Shown in pieces: positions 12,124 to 21,405 of a stretch of 32,000 nt of DNA. A program made the translations under genes and the position numbers. This stretch comes from Cylindrospermopsis raciborskii Cr2010 (GTDB lineage Bacteria; Cyanobacteriota; Cyanobacteriia; Cyanobacteriales; Nostocaceae). The first letter of the stretch is position 1; each line of letters begins with the position of its first letter. The stretch spans positions 2,850,001 to 2,882,000 of the forward strand of contig NZ_CP065936.1 of NCBI RefSeq assembly GCF_003367075.2. The letters run 5' to 3'. The notes below the pieces were generated by a model. It saw nothing but the letters and a program-made list of their open reading frames with translations, ran no database searches and was not told the DNA's origin.

Positions 12124-12612
12124 CTAGGGATTTGCCACCAACAAAACGACCGCATAAGCACAAATACCTTCTTCCCTACCAGTGGGACCCAATTTTTCAT
12201 TGGTTGTGGCTTTTACCCCAACCTGATGGGGTTGTATTGCTAAAGTAGATGCTAACTGCTCACGCATTTGATGAATATAGGGTTTTAACTTGGGACGTTC
12301 AGCTACCACTACAGAATCCACATTGCCCACTTCCCAACCTTGATTGAGAATGAGACCATGAACCTGTTTTAATAATACCAAACTGTTGGCCCCTTTCCAC
12401 TGAGGATCATTAGGGGGAAAATAATGACCAATATCCCCCAAAGACAGGGCACCCAACATAGCATCCATAATTGCATGGGTTAACACATCAGCATCACTAT
12501 GTCCTAACAAACCCAATTCATGGGGTATGTGAACACCACCAAGAATTAATGGGCGATCGCTCACCAATTTGTGAATATCATAGCCGTTACCAATTCTGAT
12601 ATTTGTAGTCAT
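12124..12612 (-). CDS. ispF: 2-C-methyl-D-erythritol 2,4-cyclodiphosphate synthase
   Basis: 162 aa with [23 protein letters not shown] and KATTNEKLG motifs. Confidence 0.95.
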   Translation of the reverse strand: MTTNIRIGNGYDIHKLVSDRPLILGGVHIPHELGLLGHSDADVLTHAIMDAMLGALSLGDIGHYFPPNDPQWKGANSLVLLKQVHGLILNQGWEVGNVDSVVVAERPKLKPYIHQMREQLASTLAIQPHQVGVKATTNEKLGPTGREEGICAYAVVLLVANP

Positions 12613-12643
12613 TGTCTGTTTATTTATTTGGGTGTTCAGTAAA

Positions 12644-13387
12644 TTAATCCTCTTTCTCCCTGGGGGTGGGATCTAGAGAATCAGAGCGTTCTCGTTGCCA
12701 TTTTTCCAGCAGATCAGGACGACGAGAAGCAGTCCGTTCAATTTGTTGTTGAAAGCGCCAGCGAGAAATTTCCGCGTGATTACCACTAAGCAAAACATCG
12801 GGAACCTTCCAACCTCGAAACTCAGCGGGACGGGTGTATTGGGGGAAATCCAATAAACCCGCTTCAAAACTTTCAGCCTTGAGAGATTCTACCTTACCCA
12901 CAGTACCCGGTAGAAGACGAACCACACCATTCAATAGGGCCATAGCGGGGATTTCGCCACCTGTCAGAATAAAATCACCCAAAGACACCTCACGGGTAAC
13001 TAAATTGAGAACACGCTCATCAACGCCCTCATAATGTCCACAAATGACAACTAACTGATCATAGCTAGTAGCCAATTCTCTCAAAAGGGGTTGATTGATA
13101 GTTTGTCCCTGGGGACTCATAAGAATGATATCCCGACGAGGTAAAATCGGTAGGGACTCAACCGCAGTAAAAATCGGGTCAGGTTTAAGCAACATACCCA
13201 CACCCCCACCGTAGGGTTCATCGTCTACTTTACGATGTTTATCCTTGGTGAAATCCCTGGGATTAACCAAATAAACCTCAGCAATACCCCTATTTAGAGC
13301 CTTCCCTAAAAGACCAGAACTGAGAATGGAACCAAAACAGTCGGGAAAAAGTGTAACTATATCAAAACGCACAGTATCAAAACGCAC
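12644..13387 (-). CDS. trmD: tRNA (guanine37-N1)-methyltransferase
   Basis: [32 protein letters not shown] and LTGGEIPA motifs. There are two in-frame GTG start candidates (13387 and 13372) created by a 15-bp tandem duplication. Confidence 0.92.
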   Translation of the reverse strand: MRFDTVRFDIVTLFPDCFGSILSSGLLGKALNRGIAEVYLVNPRDFTKDKHRKVDDEPYGGGVGMLLKPDPIFTAVESLPILPRRDIILMSPQGQTINQPLLRELATSYDQLVVICGHYEGVDERVLNLVTREVSLGDFILTGGEIPAMALLNGVVRLLPGTVGKVESLKAESFEAGLLDFPQYTRPAEFRGWKVPDVLLSGNHAEISRWRFQQQIERTASRRPDLLEKWQRERSDSLDPTPREKED

Positions 13388-13959
13388 AATATTCCAGAGC
13401 AGAAGCAGGTAAAATGACCGTGCAAATAAGTCTGGTCATATATCCCTATCAAGTAATCTTTTGAGAGCAGGGTTATTAATTCCCTGCATGTTTTAGATTA
13501 TCATAAGGGTTGACTAAAAAGTAAGAGAACTATATTTATCATCTAGTTTATGTTTGAATCTATGTTTAAATAATTATCACGACTGAATTTATAACCGTAG
13601 CCACCCGGGGGGAGGCGAGCTTGAATCTCTAAGGGCCACCTAAAGTGAAAATGCCCTAAAAAACTAGCGATCGCAAACCTGAAAACACCGTAAAATCTAT
13701 TTTATTTCAGACAAACAAATAGAAAGGTAAACGGTGATGGTGATGAGGAAAAGTAACGAACATGACAGAAAATAGGCTTCGTGTGCGTTTAAGGAAAAAT
13801 TAGGGGGTTCGCTCCCAAAAGTTCATGAATGTCCTCTCAAAAAAGCAAAGGTCGGAAATCAAGACGGTAAGAAACCTGATTAAATGAATTCACTTGCCAT
13901 TCGTCACCAACCAACCGTTTAAGGCGAAGGCCACTGAAGTTGTTGAACCAAGAAACACA

Positions 13960-14841
13960 ATGCAGCAATTAAAAGCTAAAACGCTGGAAATGAGGACACC
14001 CCAAGCAACTAAAACTGCCGTTCTAGTGATCGGAGGCGCAGAGGACAAAGTTCACGGACGTGAAATTCTAAGAACTTTTGTTGCTCGTGCTGGCGCTAGT
14101 AAGGCTTATATTACAATTGTTCCATCTGCTTCAAGAGAACCAGCCATAATCGGTGGTCGTTACATTCGCTTGTTTGAAGAAATGGGTGCCCAGAAGGTGG
14201 AAATTTTGGACATTCGTGAGCGTGAACAATGTGAAAACCCTCAAATTAAAGCATCTCTAGAAAACTGTACTGGGGTGTTTTTAACCGGGGGTGACCAATT
14301 GCGACTCTGTGGAGTCCTAGCGGATACACCAGCCATGGACTTAATCCGGCAACGCGTAAGAGCAGGACAATTAACTCTAGCAGGAACAAGTGCAGGAGCA
14401 GCCGTTATGGGACACCACATGATTGCTGGTGGGGGAAGCGGGGAAACGCCTAACCGTTCTTTAGTAGATATGGCAACAGGTTTGGGATTTATTCCTGAAG
14501 TGATTGTCGATCAGCACTTTCATAATCGAAACCGTATGGGAAGATTAATTAGTGCTATTGCGGCCCATCCAGACCGTCTTGGTATTGGTATTGATGAGGA
14601 TACTTGTGCCGTGTTTGAAAGGGATGGGTGGTTACAAGTGGTGGGCAAGGGTAGTGTGACCATTGTGGATCCCACTGAACTAACTCATACCAATGAGCCT
14701 CATGTTAGTGCCAATGAACCTTTGAACGTCCATAACTTACGCTTGCACATTCTAAGTTATGGAGATCGGTTTCACCTCTACCAACGTACTGTTTTACCAG
14801 CAGTGCATCGTCTCCCTAGTTATGGTGACAATGTGTCTTAA
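13960..14841 (+). CDS. cphB: Cyanophycinase (peptidase S51)
   Basis: VIGGAEDK, LTGGDQLRL and GTSAGAAVM (Ser nucleophile context), located directly upstream of cphA. The listed start at 13894 is TTG. The first ATG (13960) gives a 293-aa protein of typical size, but the start remains uncertain. Confidence 0.9.
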   Translation: MQQLKAKTLEMRTPQATKTAVLVIGGAEDKVHGREILRTFVARAGASKAYITIVPSASREPAIIGGRYIRLFEEMGAQKVEILDIREREQCENPQIKASLENCTGVFLTGGDQLRLCGVLADTPAMDLIRQRVRAGQLTLAGTSAGAAVMGHHMIAGGGSGETPNRSLVDMATGLGFIPEVIVDQHFHNRNRMGRLISAIAAHPDRLGIGIDEDTCAVFERDGWLQVVGKGSVTIVDPTELTHTNEPHVSANEPLNVHNLRLHILSYGDRFHLYQRTVLPAVHRLPSYGDNVS

Positions 14842-14979
14842 CCCGCCAGCTATGATTTATCACCAAAAGATCAGCCTATTCCTAAGTAAAGGGAAAAAAC
14901 CGTTCACCCTGGACAGTTTACCGGTTAACTTGAGTAAGAAACTAAAATTTTGGTTCCGAATCTCCATCTACCTACACCC

Positions 14980-17634
14980 ATGAGAATCCTCAAGATCCAG
15001 ACCTTACGCGGACCAAATTATTGGAGCATTCGACGCCATAAACTAATCGTCATGCGCCTAGATTTGGAGAACTTAGCAGAAACGCCATCCAATCAAATTT
15101 CAGGCTTTTATGAAGGATTGGTGGAAGCCCTACCCAGCCTAGAAGGTCATTATTGCTCACCAGGCTGTAGAGGCGGTTTTTTGATGCGTGTACGAGAAGG
15201 GACCATGATGGGTCATATCGTAGAACACGTAGCCCTAGAACTCCAGGAATTGGCTGGAATGCAAGTAGGCTTTGGCCGTACTCGTGAAACCGCCACCCCT
15301 GGGATTTATCAAGTTGTGATTGAATATCTCAATGAAGAAGCTGGACGCTATGCTTCCCGGGCGGCAGTTAGAATATGTCAAAGTATTGTTGACAGGGGAC
15401 GCTATCCTAAAGCCGAATTGGAACAAGATATTCAAGATCTAAAAGACTGTTGGCGAGATGCTTCCCTCGGGCCTTCAACGGAGGCGATAGTTAAGGAAGC
15501 CCAAAGGCGAGGTATTCCCTGGATGCCATTATCCGCCAGGTTTTTGATCCAGGTGGGCTATGGTGTCCATCAAAAGCGGATGCAAGCCACCATGACTGAC
15601 AACACTGGCATTCTTGGGGTGGAACTGGCTTGTGACAAGGAAGCTACTAAACGCATTTTGGCTAATAGCGGAGTCCCCGTACCCAAGGGGACTGTAATCA
15701 ATTTTCTGGACGATTTGGAAGAGGCCATTGACTATGTTGGTGGTTATCCCATCGTCATTAAACCCCTTGATGGTAATCATGGTCGTGGGATTACCATTGA
15801 TATTAGAAGTTGGGATGATGCTGAAGCTGCATATCACTCCGCTAGGCAAGTTTCTCGCTCAATTATCGTAGAACGTTATTATGTGGGGCGTGACCATCGG
15901 GTTTTAGTCGTGGATGGTAAGGTTGTGGCTGTGGCTGAACGTGTTCCCGCTCACGTGGTTGGTGATGGTAAATTAACTATTGCTGAATTAGTTGAAGAAA
16001 CCAATAAAGATCCTAATCGCGGCGAAGGACATGACAATGTGCTAACCAAAATTGAACTCGACCGCACTAGCTATCAATTATTAGAAAGGCAGGGTTATAC
16101 CATTAATACTGTGCTTGGTAAAGAACAGATTTGTTATTTACGAGCTACAGCAAATTTGAGTACAGGTGGCGTTGCTGTAGACCGTACGGATGAAATTCAT
16201 CCGGAAAATATCTGGTTAGCCCAAAGGGTGGTAAAAATTATCGGTTTGGATATCGCTGGTTTAGATGTGGTAACCACGGATATTAGTCGCCCTTTGAGAG
16301 AAATGGATGGTGTAATTGTGGAAGTTAATGCCGCCCCTGGTTTTCGGATGCACGTTGCTCCCAGTGTGGGTATTCCCCGCAATGTGGCTGGTGCGGTGAT
16401 GGATATGCTGTTTCCCAATGAAAAACCTACCCGCATTCCCATCCTTAGTGTTACTGGTACTAATGGTAAAACTACTACCACTCGTCTGTTGGCTCACATT
16501 TATAAGCAAACAGGTCAAATTGTGGGTTACACTACTACTGATGGTACTTATATCGGTGATTTTTTGGTGGAAGCTGGAGATAATACTGGTCCCCAGAGCG
16601 CCCATCTCATCCTGCAAGACCCAACGGTGGAGGTGGCCGTACTGGAATCCGCCCGTGGGGGTATCCTCCGCTCTGGTTTGGGCTTCGAGTTCGCTAATGT
16701 GGGCGTGGTTTTAAATGTGGCCGCAGACCATTTAGGCATTGGTGATATTGATACTATTGAACAGTTGGCTAATCTTAAAAGCGTTGTGTCGGAAGCGGTC
16801 TTTCCTGATGGATATGCGGTATTAAATGCTGATGACTATCGGGTAGCTGCTATGGCGGAAAAGACAAAGGCTAACATTGCTTACTTCACTATGAATCCCG
16901 ATTCTGAGCTTGTGCAACGGCATATTCAAAAGGGAGGAGTGGCAGCAGTATATGAAAATGGTTATCTATCAATTGTCAAAGGTGATTGGACACACCGGAT
17001 AGAAAAAGCTGAAAGTATACCCTTAACAATGAGTGGTAAAGCACCATTTATGATTGCCAATGCTTTGGCGGCAAGTCTAGCAGCTTTTGTACAAAATGTC
17101 ACTATTGAACAGATTCGCGCTGGGTTAAGATCTTTTCGGGCTTCTGTAAGTCAAACACCAGGTAGAATGAACTTGTTTAATTTGGGTAAATACCATGCCT
17201 TAGTGGATTATGCCCATAATCCCGCCAGCTACCAGGCTTTAGGTTCTTTTGTACGCAATTGGACAAGCGGGCAGCGTATAGGAGTGGTTGGAGGACCAGG
17301 AGACCGCCGTGATGAGGATTTTGTTACTCTAGGAAAATTAGCAGCTGAGATCTTTGACTACATCATTGTTAAGGAAGATGATGACACCAGGGGAAGACCT
17401 AGGGGATCAGGATCGGATTTGATTGTTCAAGGTATCACCCAAACTAAAGCCAATTGTCGTTATGAGTCTATCCTAGACGAGACCCAAGCCATTAATAAAG
17501 GTTTGGACATGGCTCCGGATGGTAGTTTAGTGGTAATTTTACCGGAAAGTGTTAGTAGGGCTATTCGGTTAATTAAGGTGCGCGGTGTTCAGGAAGAACC
17601 TGTGTCACAACCCGCTGTTAATACTCCCGCCTAA
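14980..17634 (+). CDS. cphA: Cyanophycin synthetase
   Basis: MRILKIQTLRGPNYWS N-terminus, an ATP-grasp domain and a Mur-ligase-like domain (VTGTNGKTTT), total length about 884 aa. The listed start at 14950 is TTG; I prefer the ATG at 14980. Confidence 0.97.
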   Translation: MRILKIQTLRGPNYWSIRRHKLIVMRLDLENLAETPSNQISGFYEGLVEALPSLEGHYCSPGCRGGFLMRVREGTMMGHIVEHVALELQELAGMQVGFGRTRETATPGIYQVVIEYLNEEAGRYASRAAVRICQSIVDRGRYPKAELEQDIQDLKDCWRDASLGPSTEAIVKEAQRRGIPWMPLSARFLIQVGYGVHQKRMQATMTDNTGILGVELACDKEATKRILANSGVPVPKGTVINFLDDLEEAIDYVGGYPIVIKPLDGNHGRGITIDIRSWDDAEAAYHSARQVSRSIIVERYYVGRDHRVLVVDGKVVAVAERVPAHVVGDGKLTIAELVEETNKDPNRGEGHDNVLTKIELDRTSYQLLERQGYTINTVLGKEQICYLRATANLSTGGVAVDRTDEIHPENIWLAQRVVKIIGLDIAGLDVVTTDISRPLREMDGVIVEVNAAPGFRMHVAPSVGIPRNVAGAVMDMLFPNEKPTRIPILSVTGTNGKTTTTRLLAHIYKQTGQIVGYTTTDGTYIGDFLVEAGDNTGPQSAHLILQDPTVEVAVLESARGGILRSGLGFEFANVGVVLNVAADHLGIGDIDTIEQLANLKSVVSEAVFPDGYAVLNADDYRVAAMAEKTKANIAYFTMNPDSELVQRHIQKGGVAAVYENGYLSIVKGDWTHRIEKAESIPLTMSGKAPFMIANALAASLAAFVQNVTIEQIRAGLRSFRASVSQTPGRMNLFNLGKYHALVDYAHNPASYQALGSFVRNWTSGQRIGVVGGPGDRRDEDFVTLGKLAAEIFDYIIVKEDDDTRGRPRGSGSDLIVQGITQTKANCRYESILDETQAINKGLDMAPDGSLVVILPESVSRAIRLIKVRGVQEEPVSQPAVNTPA

Positions 17635-17640
17635 TTTTGA

Positions 17641-17674
17641 GTAGAGACGCTAATTCGTCTCTACTTGTCAATTT
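17641..17674 (+). terminator. Intrinsic terminator after cphA
   Basis: Perfect 9-bp stem GTAGAGACG / CGTCTCTAC (17641-17649 and 17656-17664) with a 6-nt loop, followed by TTGTCAATTTTGTT. It starts 7 nt after the cphA stop, between the convergent cphA and cobL. Confidence 0.75.
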
Positions 17675-17682
17675 TGTTGGTG

Positions 17683-18897
17683 TTAGGATTTGCGTGCTAC
17701 CCATTGGGTAACCGGAGACATTGCCTTCCAACCCAAAAATTTGCCCAGGGGTTGGGCCCGTTGAATGGAAATCCGGGTAAAACTACCTCCCACCTGTTCA
17801 TACCACGTAAATAATGTTTTTTCTCCCTCTAAGGTGACCACATTAGCCATTATTCTCCCCCCAGGAGATAGAGAATTCCAACATTCCTCTAGCAATCCTG
17901 GTGTGCTGATTCCTCCACCAATAAAAATGGCATCAGGGGTGGGTAGATCCCCCAGCACCTGGGGTGCTTGACCACGAATAATTTGCAAGTTCGGTGTACC
18001 CAAAGCATTGGCATTATCCGCTATGTAGTGCGATCGCATGGAGTTTTGTTCAATAGCTACTGCTGCACATCTAATATTAGTTCGCATCCACTCTATGGAA
18101 ATAGACCCACAACCTGATCCAATATCCCACAGCAGTTCCCCAGGTAAGGGAGCTAAAGTTGATAGGGTGAGGGATCTGACTTCTCGTTTAGTTAACTGTC
18201 CATCATGATGAAAAGCATCATCAGGCAAACCAGGTAGTCTGGATAACCCACATATTCCCCTCTGGGCAATACATTCTACGGCCATGGTGTTTAAATCGGC
18301 AATTTCTGTCTCGTGCCAACTTTGAGCTAAACCGGTTAAAATCCTCTCGTTCACACCACCCATCTTTTCTAAAACCGTAATTTTACTACCACCATAACCC
18401 CGGGTAGTTAAAATATTAGCCACTATTGCTGGTGTGTGTTTACCCTCACTTAAAATCAGTAGTTTGGCATTAGGGTAAATATAAGATGCCAGTAAGGAAA
18501 CTGGACGACCACATACACTTACGGTTTCCACTTCTGAGTAGTTCCAGCCTAATCGAGAACAAGCTAAACTAAAAGCTGAGTTGGTGGGAATAATAGTGAT
18601 TTCTTCTTTAGGAATATACCTAATTAAACTGGCTCCCACTCCATAGCACATAGGGTCTCCACTAGATAGAACACATACTAACTTGTTCTGGTTTCTATAT
18701 TGTATAACCTGTTGAATAGAATTACCAAAGGGAGAGTTCCAGGAAATTTTTTTCCTCCCATCATCCGGAGGTAACATAGCTAAATGACGCTCCCCACCTA
18801 CCAAAATCTCAGCTTGATCAACAAATAAAATAGCCGTTTTACTTAATCCAGCAATTCCGTCTTCACCTATACCTATTATTGATAACCACTTGTGCAT
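17683..18897 (-). CDS. cobL: Precorrin-6Y C5,15-methyltransferase (decarboxylating), CbiE/CbiT fusion
   Basis: 404 aa. The N-terminal half is a tetrapyrrole methylase (SSGDPMCYG). The C-terminal half is a CbiT-like SAM-dependent methyltransferase (LWDIGSGCGSISIEW). Confidence 0.85.
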   Translation of the reverse strand: MHKWLSIIGIGEDGIAGLSKTAILFVDQAEILVGGERHLAMLPPDDGRKKISWNSPFGNSIQQVIQYRNQNKLVCVLSSGDPMCYGVGASLIRYIPKEEITIIPTNSAFSLACSRLGWNYSEVETVSVCGRPVSLLASYIYPNAKLLILSEGKHTPAIVANILTTRGYGGSKITVLEKMGGVNERILTGLAQSWHETEIADLNTMAVECIAQRGICGLSRLPGLPDDAFHHDGQLTKREVRSLTLSTLAPLPGELLWDIGSGCGSISIEWMRTNIRCAAVAIEQNSMRSHYIADNANALGTPNLQIIRGQAPQVLGDLPTPDAIFIGGGISTPGLLEECWNSLSPGGRIMANVVTLEGEKTLFTWYEQVGGSFTRISIQRAQPLGKFLGWKAMSPVTQWVARKS

Positions 18898-19117
18898 ATT
18901 TAAGAGAGAAAATAAAAGTAACAGAGAGTAATAATATACCTAGATATCCACCATAAAAAAATTATAGCCTTAGCCATAACACCATAGACCAGGTAAAAGT
19001 GATTGTTGGATAGGCGTTAACTATTTATTTATGAGATTATGAGATTGTTGCTGAAAATGAGTTAAGATCAAATACATTAGGGTGAAAAGTACAACCCATT
19101 CCCCAGACTTCCTAGAA

Positions 19118-19363
19118 ATGCCAATGACTACAAGTAGGCAACCTAAACAACCGCAATCAACACTAGCTTTTGAGTGTTATTTGTTACATGATGATAGTAA
19201 GGAATCATTACCACACATTCACCTGGTGGGGAGAAAACCAAAAGATGTTGAAATTCTATGAGGTAAATCCCCAACAGAGTCCCTAAATCACCCACAGTCA
19301 AGAACTAAATTATTACTGATGGCATCCAACTTTGTTATCACTAAGTTGGGTAGAAACAGATAA
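19118..19363 (+). pseudogene. Decayed N-terminal remnant of a Uma2-family (DUF820) endonuclease gene
   Basis: An unlisted reading frame gives MPMTTSRQPKQPQSTLAFECYLLHDDSKES...KDVEIL*GKSPTESLNHPQSRTKLLLMASNFV. This resembles the Uma2 N-terminus as I recall it (..FEEYLxYDDGTD..ELIDGELVELPPES.LN..I...L). It has an in-frame TGA at 19259-19261, and the remaining ~110 codons of a normal gene are missing. Confidence 0.5.
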
Positions 19364-19459
19364 TAGTTGACAAAACTTGATATTGATTCCCCGGGACTTG
19401 AGCCCATGCTCCAATTTTCACAAGTTTAACTACGTAGTTTAAAAAGGTAGAAGTACTAC

Positions 19460-19774
19460 ATGCTACACCGCAAGATTTATCAACTGTGTTGCGATGGGCG
19501 GGAGGTATGTGTTTTTTTGCGGGATCAGCAACGCTGGATAGAGCGGGCCCGCATTATTGATATAGAGGGTGATCTCGTGACTCTACGTTATGAAACCGAC
19601 GAAGAGGACGAAGTCTGTTCTTGGGAAGAAATGGTTCGCTTGGAGAGTATTGGCTCTGTAACTCAGAAGTTAGCTTCTGTACCACGCGGAAATGTGGACC
19701 CCTTGATGACAGAGGACTGTCCTGAGTCTGAACGTATCCATAACCGATTTACAGATCTCAATCCTGATTCCTAG
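19460..19774 (+). CDS. Hypothetical small acidic protein (104 aa), possibly a small beta-barrel (Sm/SH3-like pattern)
   Basis: Intact ORF in its own intergenic slot. The alternating pattern GREVCVFLRDQQRWIERARIIDIEGDLVTLRY suggests a small beta-barrel. I recognise no family. Confidence 0.55.
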   Translation: MLHRKIYQLCCDGREVCVFLRDQQRWIERARIIDIEGDLVTLRYETDEEDEVCSWEEMVRLESIGSVTQKLASVPRGNVDPLMTEDCPESERIHNRFTDLNPDS

Positions 19775-21390
19775 GATTCATTCTCAGATAAGCGCTCGAA
19801 AGCTGGACAGTATCCTTCAAGAGTAACCTTAAAGTTATATAACGGGGCAGCGGCATTCCAACACCGTTGTCCTCTTTGGTGCTTACAAGTTCCACAGCAT
19901 TCAATTTCAGACCAGTTATATTGGTATTTATTTTTGGCGGTGTCTAAGCTGTTCCTGTTTAATAAATCTCGTTGAGATAAACCTTTTAGAACCAAATCTT
20001 CTCCCTGCCAACGGGCTTCTACTAAGCCAGTATCAGCAAAATCCTGCCAACGTGGATCCTCTCTAATTTCTCTGGGCAAGATAATGGTAATAATTGTTTC
20101 TAGTTCGGTTAATTCTCCCTGATAATTGGCTTCTGGGACTGGGGATTGTATTAGTGTTTCCCCAATTGGCAATTCAACTAAGGTTCCCCCAGGGGGTGAG
20201 TGTACGTGATAACGATTTTGTAGTTCTTCTAGGGTAGTTAGGTCAGCTAAGTAAGTGGGATCACCATGAATAAATACTACATGCTGGGGACGTAAGTTAT
20301 GTATTAATTGGGTTGTCCCCGGTCCATCACTATGCTGAGCTAAAAGGTATGTTTCCGTTTGAACCAGGGGGTTGTCTAGATCACTGGCCATCTTTTCTGG
20401 GAATAGAACTACCCAGGAAGCACCATTCCCATGCTTAATATATTTATTTAAATCCGATTTATAATCCGTTAGGACAATGCAGGGTGAACTTCCCAGGGTG
20501 TCTAAATCCTCAACCTTTAGTCGTCGCACCCGAGGACGCACTCGCTCATCCCAAAATAAGGGTTGGTGACGAGCAAAATTCTGTACTGATGCAGGTAAAT
20601 GGGATAAAAGCTCTAAATAAGCATCACAACCAGTTCCTACTTCACCATCAACCCAAATATCTATGTCCTGTCCAGTGAAATTATGGTGGGAGCGTAACAA
20701 CATCAACAATTCCTGACCTAACCCCAGCGCTGGTGTAGGTAGCAGTACAGAGGACTTATCTATGATGGCCCGATTGATTCTTTCTGCAATTTGATTTTCC
20801 TGATGACGACGATGGGGGTGGCGAGATGTTCCATAACTACCCTCAACTAACAGCACATCCAAATTTAAACCCCTGAGTTCTTCTAATCTTAGACCATCTA
20901 CCAACCGGGAGTTAGAAAGGAAAAAATCCCCTGTGTAGAGCAGTTTGTAGTCTCTTTCTGAACCTTGGTAGGTGAGTAAAATTGCCACAGCACCGGGAAG
21001 ATGACCCGCAGGGAATAATTCCACCACTAGATTTTCTTCTACTTCAATAGGCGATCGCAAAGGGAGTGCTTGACAAAAGGTGAGATTTTCTGTTGTTTCT
21101 AGTTCTGTCCAGTTTAAGGGTAACAACTTACTAGTTACTTCACTAGTGTAAATAGGCAACAGAGGGAAGGCGCGATTTAATGATAGCAGTCCCCGGCAGT
21201 GATCTGGGTGTGCATGGCTAATCAAGACCAAATCTGCTGGTGAGTTTTCCTGAGTGATGGAAGAAATATCAGCCGCACCGCAGTCTAAGAGAATGCGGTG
21301 GGGGCCCATTCTGACTATGACACACACCCCCTCATCCTCGTGCTGAACACTATAGAGTAAACATTCTAATTCGTTGGCCACTACACTCAA
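19771..21390 (-). CDS. Metallo-beta-lactamase / beta-CASP family nuclease-like protein with Cys-rich C-terminal extension
   Basis: HAHPDHCRG (HxHxDH). beta-CASP-like motifs are LLVEGSYGTSRHPHR, VLLPTPALGLGQELL, AQHSDGPG and VVFIHGDP. About 140 extra C-terminal residues end in ECCGTCKHQRGQRCW...YCPAF. The start is uncertain: TTG at 21390 or GTG at 21381. Confidence 0.8.
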   Translation of the reverse strand: MSVVANELECLLYSVQHEDEGVCVIVRMGPHRILLDCGAADISSITQENSPADLVLISHAHPDHCRGLLSLNRAFPLLPIYTSEVTSKLLPLNWTELETTENLTFCQALPLRSPIEVEENLVVELFPAGHLPGAVAILLTYQGSERDYKLLYTGDFFLSNSRLVDGLRLEELRGLNLDVLLVEGSYGTSRHPHRRHQENQIAERINRAIIDKSSVLLPTPALGLGQELLMLLRSHHNFTGQDIDIWVDGEVGTGCDAYLELLSHLPASVQNFARHQPLFWDERVRPRVRRLKVEDLDTLGSSPCIVLTDYKSDLNKYIKHGNGASWVVLFPEKMASDLDNPLVQTETYLLAQHSDGPGTTQLIHNLRPQHVVFIHGDPTYLADLTTLEELQNRYHVHSPPGGTLVELPIGETLIQSPVPEANYQGELTELETIITIILPREIREDPRWQDFADTGLVEARWQGEDLVLKGLSQRDLLNRNSLDTAKNKYQYNWSEIECCGTCKHQRGQRCWNAAAPLYNFKVTLEGYCPAFERLSENES

Positions 21391-21405
21391 AAGGGGAGGA
21401 TGAGA

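Noticed and set aside
13707-13763. 18-codon minus-strand mini-ORF MFVTFPHHHHRLPFYLFV with a His4 run, considered as a his-type leader peptide.
   Set aside because: No histidine-biosynthesis gene lies downstream (the next gene is trmD, 320 nt away). There are no alternative terminator or antiterminator hairpins and no ribosome-binding site.
13753-13766. NtcA-like GTA-N8-GAC (GTAACGAACATGAC) upstream of cphB.
   Set aside because: The second half-site deviates from TAC, and there is no TAN3T -10 box at the expected ~22-nt distance (the sequence there is TTTAAGGA).
13801-13825. GGGGGTTCGCTCCC, superficially like a tRNA T-arm.
   Set aside because: The stem cannot close (GGGGG versus CCC only), and no acceptor, anticodon or D-arm can be built around it.
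14759-14983. 74-aa ORF spanning the cphB 3' end and the cphB-cphA spacer.
   Set aside because: It overlaps cphB in another frame and runs into the cphA start. It has no ribosome-binding site or recognisable motif. The spacer more likely carries cphA's own promoter region.
17401-17415. RGSGS pentapeptide in CphA (…TRGRPRGSGSDL…), resembling the PatS/HetN RGSGR heterocyst-inhibitor motif.
   Set aside because: It is not the exact RGSGR motif. It lies inside the conserved C-terminal part of a large cytoplasmic enzyme, with no independent small ORF.
18898-19117. Possible cobalamin riboswitch in the 5' region of cobL (minus strand) or on the plus strand around AGGGTGAAAAGT (19079-19092).
   Set aside because: I could not find the B12 box (GCCACTG-like core) or the conserved GGGAA...GGTGAAAATCC...GCxGxCCC arrangement on either strand. 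Only a TATAAT (complement of 18961-18966) suggests an ordinary promoter.
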